Shown: positions 7,731 to 19,700 of the stretch, piece after piece | How the letters are laid out: each line of letters begins with the position of its first letter | Numbering within the stretch: position 1 is the first letter of the stretch | Origin: a candidate division FCPU426 bacterium | GTDB taxonomy: Bacteria > Oederibacteriota > JAAXVQ01 > JAUVAV01 | Direction: 5' to 3' | NCBI GenBank assembly: GCA_040756875.1 | Contig: JBFLYH010000002.1 | Location: 1,070,624 to 1,134,623, forward strand | DNA: 64,000 bases | Made by a program: the position numbers and the translations under genes | The notes under the pieces: model-generated | Told to the model about the DNA's origin: nothing | What the model saw: only the letters and a program-made list of their open reading frames with translations | Databases searched by the model: none

Positions 7731-10700
7731 ATGAAAACCATTACCCAGTTCTGGTCACAAGCAGCCATCCTGAGCCGGCAATTATGGCGTGTGGCACGGG
7801 AACGGCACCGAAAAGTCATTTCCCTGGTGCTGGCCATGATCTTCGTCTTTACCATGACCGGTATGGATACGATCCTCGCCTATGGTTTCGACAACAACCG
7901 CCACGAAAACTACGATCAGCAAAACGACCTGCTTCCGCCCGCCAATCCCTTGGAACAAGCCCAACCGGACGCTTTCATTTCCGTCAATGCGCCCACGGAT
8001 AAAAAGGCCGATGTGGCGGACACCCGCCTCAACGTGCTCAAAGCCGAATACGGCGACCTGCTTTCCACAGTGTCCCTGCAAACCGTAGCCGAAAAAACGC
8101 TCGCCGGTGTAAGCGTGGACACGGCTTTGAAATGGGTGGCTGAAGTCGTGGCGCCCAAAGGCGAGCAACCGGCCGGCACCCAACCTGAGGAGGAGACGAC
8201 CGAACAACCGGCTGTGGATCCCTCGCTGCTGGCGGATGTAGCCACCACCAGCCAGGGGCCGTTGAGTCTCAGTCTTAATCTGGACGGATTGAGCGGCAAA
8301 GGACGCCTGAGCGACGAGACCGATCTGGCACAACTGCCGATTCCGGCTGAAATGTTACCCAAGGAAATAACGCCAAGCGAACAGCCCGAAACCGTGGAAC
8401 CGGCAGCTGTAGCCCAGGAGACGCAGCCGTCCGCGCAGCCGCTGGAGGCCGGGCTGCCAAAGGTCGACGAGAGCGCGAAACCGGAGCAGCCGGTCGAGGG
8501 CGGCCAGTTGCCTGAAATTCAAGTGGTGGAGCAACCGAAGGATCAAGGCGGGGAAACGAAGGTTACGGAGACCGAGGAGACGGAGAAAAAGAACAATGCC
8601 GAAACGTCTCTGGCGGACCTGACCAAGCAGTTTCTGGCGCTTTTGGGCATGAACGACAAGTTGAAAGAGGACACCGCGGCCAAGACCGAAGAGACCAAGC
8701 TGCCCGAGGAAACAACGGAAACGGGAAGCAAGGAAACCGTTCTGCCGGAAGACGCCCAGGCGAAGAAAGACGGAACCGAGACCCTTGCCGAAGGGGAAGA
8801 GAAGCCTAAGACCGAGGTCGAACAGCCGGCGGCGGAGGAAAAACCCGAGGGCGAAGAAAAGGTGGCCAAGGAGGAAAAGGAGGAGGACGGCGAACAGCCG
8901 GCCGAGGACAAGGACAACGAAGGGGATGAAAAACGGGCCGAATTGCCTGACCAGGTGCTGCGTCTGCTGGGCTTGGGGGAGAAGGATAAAGAGACGGAGA
9001 AGGACACGGAAGTCGAGGGACCGGACAGCCTGGAAGATTTCTTCGCCTTGCTGGGCGACGAAGAACGCAAAGAAGACGGGGAGACGTCCTCGAAGGAAGT
9101 GGACCTGGATGTGGATGCCTTGCTTGACGAACTCAATGCCCAGGGCATCGAGCCGCCCAAAGAAATCGATGAGCCGGCATCCATGCTGGCGGATTTGGTA
9201 GACCGCCCCCAGACCGAAGAAAAACCCGAAGAGACCTTGCTGCCTGAGACCGAGCAGCCAGTGGAAAACACGGATACCGTGCTTACGGATGATACGGAAA
9301 TCGCCCTGGTGGGTCCGGAAGCCGGAATGGTGGAGGAAGAGAAAGAACCCAAAGAAACCGAGGGGACCGCGCCCACCGAAAACAAACCGGAAGAGACCGA
9401 TGGCGTGGAAGCTGCGAGCATCCATGCCCTGCCGGATGTGACACAACTGCGCCAGGAAGCGCTGTTGGTGAACATCCTGGGCACGGATGCGACCCAACAA
9501 CCGGAAACGAATCTGGCGGCCGAGGTCAGCGACGCCTTCAAGCGCGGCGCATCCATGATCTTGGGCCCGGACGCCAATTTGCCGGAGTCTTTATCGCCTG
9601 CAACCACCCAGCTGGAGCCGGCAGGCGTTTCAGAGGCGACGCTGCCTGCCACGGTGGGTACCATCCCGCAGGTTTTCATCGAACAAATCAGCGCCAACCT
9701 GACCGCTGCCGACGAACAGGGGGCGGCAGCCACCCAGGCGGGTCCAGAGGACATTCGCGGCACCCGTTCGAGCGCCCTGGCGGATCTCTTGAATGTATCC
9801 GAGGATGAATCACGAGTTCCCACGGCGCCCGGCGTCATCATCAACCAACAGAGCACAGACAGGACTCCGGATTATTGGGCCGGCGGTTCGGCCTGGGACA
9901 TCGCGCGCATTTACGGCCACCCCGAACAGCCGGAACAGGAAAACCCGGATCCCGAATGTACGGATTTCCTGGGCCTGGCCATTGTCATGTTCATTTTCCA
10001 GGGCCCAAAAGCTATGATGGACTTCTTCCAGAACCCCAGCCTGGAAACCTTCATGGAAATGTTCATGATTCTTACTGATCCGGTGTATTACATCTACAAG
10101 ATCGTGGATGCCTTGATCAATTTCAGCTGGGATACCATGCAGGAGTTCGGTGAATTCGCCAATTCGCCGTTCGGCAAGCTCTTCATGTTCATCATATCCG
10201 TGGTCCTGACGATTTTCACGTGCGGGTCAGCGGCCCCGATCCTCATCGCGCTCATCATCCTGATTGAACTCATTCAGACATTCGTGCCTTTGCCTAAATG
10301 GCTGGATATTGCGCTCTCAATCGTCAAAGCGGCCTTGGGCGGATGGGCCAGCGCCATTAAAGATACTTTCAAGCAAGCCATCACGGAAGTGGTGAAAAAT
10401 GTCATCCAAGCTATATCCGATTTGATTAAAACCTTAACCAAGGATGTTTTGAAAGCGATTATCAAAGCGGTTTTGAAAGAAACCATCGTTCAAATTTTAC
10501 AGGAAGTCCTGCCCGAGGACCTTTTGTTCTATATGCCTTTGATCAGCATTATGGCCGATTGGCTGGCCGCCGGCTTGACGGAAATGTTCATGGGTGAGGA
10601 CGGCAAAGGCTTTACGGATGGTTTTGTCAAAGCCTTCAAGCAGTCATTCAATATTACGCCGGAAACGTTCTCGACCTTTACAGGATTTGTAAAATTCATG

Positions 10701-13700
10701 ACTTCCCCGGCCATGCGGGCCGGGTTGGCTTTCTTGATACAGTCTTTGTTTGTTAACAGTGGAGAGGAAAACGGTGCCAAGGCCGCCCAGGACCGCCGGG
10801 CTGGCGCGATTTGGGGCGCGATGGCCAGCGGGTTCTTGGGGTGGGTGGATGCCAGCGTCAGCACGCGCATTCCGCTGACGTTTATGCAGCAGGTCGGCAT
10901 GTTCCTGTTCAATTTTGTTCGTCCGGTGGTGGCCAAGACCGTATCCACCATTGTCAGCCAGTATGCTCCATCCGATTCGAACGGTGGCGCCAAATGGGGA
11001 GACAACCAGAAGTATTTCGTGGCCAATACCTGGGGTACCATCGCCGAACGGATGGTTCCCGGCTATCAAGTTGATCAGAGCGGAGCCCGTTGGTCCTGGC
11101 TGCCCACGGAAATAGCGTCCGTTTTTTCCAGTGATTCCATGTCCTCTGGCAATGCTTCCACAGCGGCAGGAAGCATGGGCGACAGCAAAGGGATTCAGGG
11201 CGCTTCTGCAGGTCAAGCGGGATTCCTGAACGGCGTCCAGGCGGCCGAGCAACTGGGGCCGGCAAACAGCGAGGTTCAGCAAGCTGAGATGCCGGCTAAA
11301 GTCGAAGCCCAATCGCCTATTTCAACGGACAGCCATGCAGTAAAAGAGGAATCCGAGATTACCGAGAGCGAATCGCCTTTCAACGAGATGGAACAGCAAC
11401 TCAATTTGGGCCAGGAAATCCAAAATCCGAATCAAAATGCTCCGCAACAACAGCAACAAAATCTGGAACAGCAGCGCTCGGCCAGCGGCCTGCCTAAGCA
11501 GACCGAAGAGAAAAAGGCTGAAGCGCCTTCCCGTAGCGAACAGCAAATACAGCAGCAGCAACCCAAGCAACAGCCGGAGAAACAGCCTGAAAAATTGGAA
11601 ACACCCTATGAGCAGCCGCAATACAACCAGCAGGAATCCCTTCCCGACAACAATAATAATGAGCGTGAGGAATTAAACAGCCCCAGCTTGGATAACAGCA
11701 ACCGGGACAACGAGATGGAAGTCCCGCAGGACCCGATGCAGGAAGTCAAGGACTTGAAACTGCCCGGGGCGCACATGCCTCAAAAGGGAGAGCTTAAGCA
11801 AGGCGACGAGCTCGAGCGCCTGGATGAAATTAAAACGCCGAAGGGGAGCACCGTGGAGAAGACGGCTTCCGAGGCATTGAACGACGGCAATGGACAGGGA
11901 GACGGAAACGGGCAAGGCGGAGGCAACGGCGCGGGTCAAGGGGATAATGGGGTGGAAGCTTACCAGGGTGTGACTCAAAATATGCAAATGAACCTGAGCC
12001 AGCACCGCGAGCAATTGGAAACCATGAAACAGACCGGTGAATTGCCGGCCAAATTTGCTCCGGCTGAGAATTCGACGGTGCGAACCGCCACTTTAGCGTC
12101 GGACAGCATCCCCACGGATTCGGCGTTGGGGCAGGTGGTGGAAAACCTAACCCGCGAGGGCAGCTTGCCCTATGGCGGCGACTTCAATTTGAAAGTTGAG
12201 ACCTTCCAAAATCAAGCCGGCAATCAAATCATGGCTGTGAGCAGCATCGACGCGTCCACCGGACAAACTCAGCTTCTGGCTCTGACCGAAAAAATCGGAA
12301 ATGAGCACATTACCACCACTTTCCGCGAGAACACGGAAGGGCCGGGGGCCGTGGCAAACGTGTATGCCGGCGACCAGAAGGGCGATGCGCTGATGGCCAA
12401 TGATTTCGCCATCCCGGATTTGGATGTTAAACGGGGATTGGGCGAATTGACCAAAGGGAGCGGACTAAGCGGCCGGGAACAAGCCAAAGCCGGCGGCGAG
12501 CGCCTTCTGGAAGGTGATCAATTGGAAGAAACCGGAGAGACGTCGCGAGGTTCTGACCGCAACCGTCCGGGCGAGAACAAGGACCAAGACGCCATGGCAG
12601 CCGGGGCGTTTAAAGGTGGAAAAGGTTCGGGTCCTGGGGGAGAGAACAGCGGAAAGGCGGAGGGATGGAACCAGGGTTCGGACGCTACATTATATAAAGG
12701 CGAGAATGGCGGGTTGGAAGTGAAAGGTAGCATGGATGCCCTCAAGCAGGTCATGGATGCCAGCGGTCAGGTGGACCTGAGCAAACTCTCGGGCCGGCAA
12801 AATGCGGATGGCACTATGACATACGAAGCGCCGGGTGTTCAGATCACGGCCACGCCGGCGGCATTGAATGAGGCCACTGCCGGGGGGAGCAGTCTGGATA
12901 TGAGCCGGCTGCAGCCGGTGGCAGGTGAGCAGCTTCCTGCAACGCTCACAAACAACGACGGATTGGATATCCGGGGCAGCCCGCAAGCATTGGACAAGCT
13001 GAAGGACGCCAACGGCCAGTTGGATCTCAAGCAATTCTCAGCTCAGACCATGAAGGACGGCACGGTGAAACTGCAGGGGCCGGAAGGCGTGGAAATTTCA
13101 GGCACGCCGGATGCCCTGGCCAAGGCTGCTGGCAAGGAAAACCAGTTGGACCTGGGAAAATTCCAACCGAAGTCATCAGAGGCCCAAGCAGGGAAAACCA
13201 CGGTGACCGAACCGCCCAAGAACTTCGAGGCGCCTCCGGCCGAGCAGAACGATAAAGCTGTAGGCGAAGGCACCAGCCTGATCAGTTCGAACAAGGAGAT
13301 CGACCCCTCGCGCCGCGATGTCAAAATGAGCGAACAGGAAGGGCCGCGTCCTGCCACTCCGGACAAGCCCCAGGAAATAACCTCGGGCCAGGTGGAAGTT
13401 CCCAAAAAGTACAATTTGTTCCAAACCGCCATGGCCAAGCTTTTCACCTTGGGCAGTTGGGAACCGGGGACCACAATGGCCACGACCTACACCTTCGAGG
13501 TGGACGGCCGCACTGTCTCTATGCAGTTTGTTCCCGAAAGAACGGGATCAGGCAATGCGGTAGGCAGCATGGATGTTAAAGGAAGCGACGGCGAAACGTA
13601 TAAAGTCACCCTGGGGAGCAATGGCGAGGTAACGGGTGTCATGCAATACGTGGTGGCTGGCGGCTTCTGGAAAGGCACGCTGGCCCTACGGCCCGTGGGC

Positions 13701-16700
13701 GGCAACGAGGCGTTTGCGTTCAATGAATGGGGCGAAATGGACCGCCTCTACACTAAAAATGCGGACGGATCGTGGACCCTTTCCAAGGAGCGCAAATACA
13801 CGCAGGATGCACAGGGGCGCTGGGTCGGCGCCATGATCGATGCGAACGTGGCCGGCCAGTTGAGCAAGGATGAATTGCGGAACCTGATTCTGGCCATGAA
13901 TGCGGATCCCGCGGTGTTGGCGCAAAACCGCAGTTACCAGGATTACCTGAAGGACCTGAAACTCACCCCCGGCACAGCTGAATACGATGCCAAATTGAAG
14001 GAACTGGCTTTGCCGCTCGGTCTTTCCGCCATCCAGCAGGCCCAATCGTACGTGAACCAACTGCTTTCGCAGGGCGCGACTGGATCGAAACTGGAGTCGG
14101 CTTACCGCACCCTGGCGTTGGCCGAGCAGAAGGTATATTCCCTGGATCAAACGAAGGTGAACTTCGCATCGCTGGTCGAGCATGCCCGTTTGAGCCAGGA
14201 CGCGCCTCTAATGTTGAAAGCCGCGGATTACCAGTTGTCCCAGGGCGATAAATCCGGGGCGGTTGTCACGCTTCAAGCTGCGCTGACATCGCTGCGGAAT
14301 TTGCCTCCGACGCCGCTGACGATGGACCAGGCCTTGCGGGGGCTGGAGCTGCTGCAACAAGCGGGGCAGACTGAGACTCAGGTCTATCAAACCACGCTGA
14401 CGTTTGTCGAAAACCAGCTCAAAGTGTCTGCCTTGACGCCCCTGACCCTGTCCCAATCACTGCGGCTGAACGAGGTGGCGGGCAGTGCCGTGGTGTCGGA
14501 CGAACGCCTTATGCAATTGCGGAACGCGGTGGAGTCCGTGGTCAACGACAACCAGGCGAAAATCAAGGCAGGCAGCAGCTATACGGTGCAGGGATTCGGT
14601 GTGATCAGCAAAAGTGCGACCGGCGACGTGACGGTGCAGACGCAGGTGTCCGAAGACACGGCGGCCTCGATCACCTTTAAGGCGGTGAAAGAGGAGCGGC
14701 CGTTTGAGCCGGCCGGGCGGTTGGAAATGGAGCAGGTAGTAGTGGTCGACAACCTGGGAGTGCTGCAGATGTTCGCCGCGCAGCCCGAGGGATTTGCCCT
14801 GACCACGGTCGGCTTGACAAAGACCGTTACCATCGGCAACAAAACCTTCACCACCAGGATTCTCAGCGATATCAATAACACCACCGGCCAGGCTGCCGGT
14901 ACGATCAAAGTGGACGACAAGATCTATTCCGTGCGGGTCAATCTGGAAACCGGGGACGTGCAGGTGAAGCTGGAAGCGGAAAAGCCCGCGGGCAAACTGG
15001 ACTTGTCCGCCTGGAATCGTGCGCGCCTGACGTTTGTCAATGGCGAGGCGTATTTTACGATCAACGGAAAGACGGAAAAAGCACAGGTGATTAATCAGGT
15101 TACAGCCGAACAGCTGCAGCAACTGAATGTTCCGGCCAACCAGGCCAAGGTCATTGCCGACCTGCTGAAGGGCCGGAGCGGATACCTGGCCTCGGACGGA
15201 ACGATATTCGTCGGAACGCAGCAGGAAATTGAAGCGGGAAATTATTTTGTCGCAGGCCGCAACCAATTCGGCACCAATCAAAACGACCTGGGATATTTGG
15301 CGAAATTTGTGGATGGCAATTTGCAGCGCGTTGATTTGTCGGACGGGAAAATCATCTCGGTTCTGAGCAAAGACCTGAGCCGATACACGGTGACGCAATA
15401 CAGCGAGGACGGGAAACGGGTGGCGGTTTCGCTGTATGAAAAAAGTGCGCTGGTGGGGACCAAACTGATCCTGCGTGATATCAATAACGTCGCGCTTCTC
15501 TATGATGCCAAAGGCCAATTGACGCAGGCCAGCCGGGAGAGCCTGCGGCATCTCCAGGCCCAAGGGGTGCAGTTCAACGAGGTTCAGGGCGGCTTTACCC
15601 TGCGGTACAAGGACCAGGAGTCGGCGTTCACGGCGAACGGGCGGCCGCTGGCGACCGGCAACAAGGAACAGGGGGCGGGCGAAGGCGGGAGCAAAGAAGG
15701 CACCTCGGAGCAGCAGAAGAGCGGGACAAGTTCGCAGCAGACGCTGGAATTCTTCGACCAGCAGGCAATAACCTTGAACATCGCCAGTTACAAGGATCCG
15801 GATGGCATCCGGATCAAGACCAACAACTTTGAGTATACCACGATCACGGTGCAGGCCTCGACCAACGGAGAAGTGACCAAGGTCGTGCTAAAAAGCACGG
15901 TTACGGCCCAGGTCACACAGCGCATTGTGTCGAATGACAGCCAAACCATGACCGAGACCGGGCGATTCCGGAACTCAGGCGAGCTGGAAAAGGGCACGCG
16001 GCATTTGGTGGCCTCCAAACTCACCCAGACGGACGATAAAACCGGCCAGACAATAACGCGTACCAATGTGGATAGCTTGAGTGAGATAGAGGATGGCAAA
16101 GAGAAAAGCAATCGCATGACGTTTGAGCTGGAAGAACTCAGGAATCAGGCGGGTAATCTCATCCGCATGGTGGAACGCGGCGAGTATATCAGCAAGATGG
16201 TCGGCGGAAAACTCGAAACACATCTGGAAAACGGCCGCGTACAGGAATGGGGCAGCGGGACCATCAATGGCGTTCAATACACAAATTACCACACCACGAC
16301 AAACATCGTAAACGGCGAGCAGAGACTAGAATCGATGACGTTCGCCCGCGCGGAAAGCATGGAAAACGGCGTCAAGCGCGTCATCACCAACGGACGGTAC
16401 CAGGGATTCTACAACGAAGCCGCGAAAAAATGGGACGTCAAGCTGCAAAGCGGGCGGGTGGAGGAGTGGGGCGGCAGCCAAACGATGAATGGGACGACGT
16501 ATACCAATTATCATACGGTGACGAACGTGGTGAACGGCAACCAGCGACTGCAATCCATGTCGTTTGCGAGCGCCACGAGCATGGAAAACGGCGTCAAGCG
16601 CGTCATCACCAACGGGCTGTACCAGGGATTCTACAACGAGGCCGCGAAAAAATGGGATATCAAGCTGCAAAGCGGGCGGGTGGAGGAGTGGGGCGGCGAA

Positions 16701-19700
16701 CAAACGATCAATGGAACTGTCTACAAGAATTATCATACCATCACGAACGTACTGAACGGCAACCAGCAGCTCCAATCCATGACATTTGCCAGCGCCACGA
16801 GCATGGAAAACGGCGTCAAACGCGTGATTACAAACGGCGAATATGTCGGTTTTACGAATGCTGATACCAAGAAATGGGACGTCAGGCTGCAAAGCGGGCG
16901 GGTAGAGGAGTGGGGCGGCGAACAAACGATCAATGGGACTGTCTACAAGAATTATCATACCATCACGAACGTACTGAACGGAAACCAGCAGCTCCAATCC
17001 ATGACATTTGCCAGCGCCACGAGCATGGAAAACGGCATCAAACGCGTGATTACAAACGGCGAATATATCGGCTTCGAGAACGCCGACACTAAGAAATGGG
17101 ACGTCAAGCTGCAAAGCGGGCGGGTGGAGGAGTGGGGCGGCAGCCAAACGATGAATGGCGTTACGTACAAAGATTATCATACCATCACGAACGTGGTGAG
17201 TGGCGATCAGCAATTGCAATCTATGACCTTCGCCCGCGCCGAAAGCATGGAGAACGGCGTCAAACGCGTGATCACGAATGGGGAATATAAAGGATTCTAC
17301 AACCAGACTGATAAAAAATGGGATATCAGGCTGGAAAACGGGCTGGTAGATGAGTCGGTGGCGCAAAAGGTTGAAAATCAAACTGATCCGAAACTTGGGA
17401 CACTCACCATCACCAATTCCGATGTCCATACCATCACCCGGATTGAAAGCGGAAAGGCCGTGGAAGTCACGACAACCATCGGCCACTCGGTATCCAAGGA
17501 TTCGAGCGGAAGAGTCGTTACTGATGAAAAGGGCATCTCTAAAGTGCTGACCAATCCGCAGTTCAACGAAAAGGGTGTGCTGATCAGCGGCACGCAAAAA
17601 ATGACCGTCGAGGAACGCAAGGAATACAACGTTAAATTCGACGACCAAACCCAACGTTATATTGTTGCCGACGATAAAGTGACAAAGAGCTATAAAGTTG
17701 AATCAACCGCTGAAATCGAACAAGGCCGCGTTATAAGCAATCGGACTGAGATTCAAAGGATGACCACGTTGAACGAAAGCGGGCGGGTAGTGGCTGAGGA
17801 TTTCAACATCGTTCAATCGATGGCCATCTTGAAGACCTATACCAAAGGAGTATTCGGTTCGGATCGCGAAGTGGTGGTTAACATCACCGAGGGCAAATCC
17901 GGCAGCCAGGTCATCCTCAACGGTGACCGTGAGCATGCCATTGCCATGGGGGCAGGCGTCAAGGTCAGCGCGGATGGCGACAAGATCATCGTGCAGGATG
18001 CGCGCGGGGTCTTGCGGGAATTCACTGCCGGTGGCAAGGAGACGACAGGCTGGTTCCAGGCCCGGGCGAATGACTGGAATGCCTATTCGGCCAAGATCGA
18101 TGCGTTGGTTAATAAAGTAGAAACCGCCTGGAACGAAGGCAGGTATGGCATGGCGATTCTGCATGCCGGAAATTACTTGCTGTCCGGGACCTTGGACGCC
18201 CTGGTCTATGTTCTGCAGACCGCCTGGGCGGTAGTGGAAGGCGCGGTCGTGCTCTCGGTTAATGTGACGACGGCACCGTTTACAGGACTTTATACCATAG
18301 GCAGCAACCTGATTAACGGACGCGATTGGAATGAGGGTTTGTGGGATGCCATGACCCGGCCTGGCCAGGCGGTATTGGACGGCTTCAAAGGCGCGCTTAA
18401 TTTCGTCTTCAGCCCGCTGGATAAGGCATTGAATTGGGCGTCGGAAAAAGTGCTGGGCTGGGCTGAGGCGCTTACTGACACGGCGGAATGGGCCGCGGAT
18501 CATAATGATATAATTGGGGCCGTGATATTGTCAGCCGCAGCCATCGTCCTTAAAGTGGTTGGAGAAAACCTGCCGACCTTGGTCATCATCGCGGTCAGCT
18601 TTATTCCGGTGGTCGGCGGGGCCATTGCGACCATCATGCTGGCCCGCGATGCACTCACCCGGGGCTTGGGCAGCATGTTCGAATCTTTCTTCATCGAGCC
18701 CTTCATTAAGATCGGCACCGGCATCTACCAGTTGGCTACCATCTCGACCAATAAAACCGAGGTCTCGGTTACTCGACAGATCATCAATGCCACTTCACTG
18801 ATTGGAGGGGGCATCGTCGGTCTGGCGCTGGCCAAGATGATGTTAAAAGGCGCGATCGAGCAATTCAAGGCAGCGCGTGGCGAGATATCGTTGGCTCAAG
18901 TAAAAGGATATCTGCAGGAATTGGCGCAAGCCGGAGAACTGCATAAGGTTATGGGAAAGACGCTGGGCGAAATCGTCAAAGATGCCGGGATGAAGATGAA
19001 AGGCGAGCCAGCGTGGGCCAAATTCAAGTTCGATGATCTGACAGTTCCCCAGCTGCGGGGCGAAACGCTTGGCAATCTGATGTCCAAGCCCGGCGGCGCC
19101 GAGCTCCTGAAGAGTCTCTTCACCTATGGTGCAGAAGGCGGCGGATTCCGTATGAATGACCTTGCCCTGCCCAAAGCCAAGGAAATCGAAGTAGGCCGGG
19201 TTCAGAAGGCTATTGAGTTCCTATCTGAAAAAGCGGCGGAGAAAGTGGGCCTGGAGCTTCCGAAACAAACCCGGGTGATTGATCAACCTCTGGCTGAAGC
19301 GGTGAGGCCGGCTGATGTAGGTCTTTCCCGTCTGACCGGCATGGGGTCCGGATTGGCGACCTTTGCCGTGGAGACGATCAAGAGCCAGTTCCAGATGATG
19401 GCGCATGCCTTTGGTACCATACGCTCCATTATGACCACCACCTTCAAGGCCGGGTTGAACTTGGCCAGCAACCTGGTGGTGGAAAAAGCGGGCCTCGGAT
19501 ATACGGCCGGTTATCAAAAGGCCAGTGAAACAGTGCGGTCAGCGGTCAAGGATTTCGCCAAGACGAGCACGGGAGAATTCCTGCAAAAGTTCAGTTCCGA
19601 AGGCCTCTCTAATACGTTCAGCCGCGTTGCGGATTCGGTCCGGTCCGTGTCCAACCAATTGGCCAATTCCATGGCATCGGCCTTCAGCCGGCTGACAGGC

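Noticed and set aside
10190-10230. Internal lipobox at VVLTIFTC in giant A
   Set aside because: It is far from the N-terminus, does not fit [LVI][ASTVI][GAS]C, and paralogue C has Val at this position.
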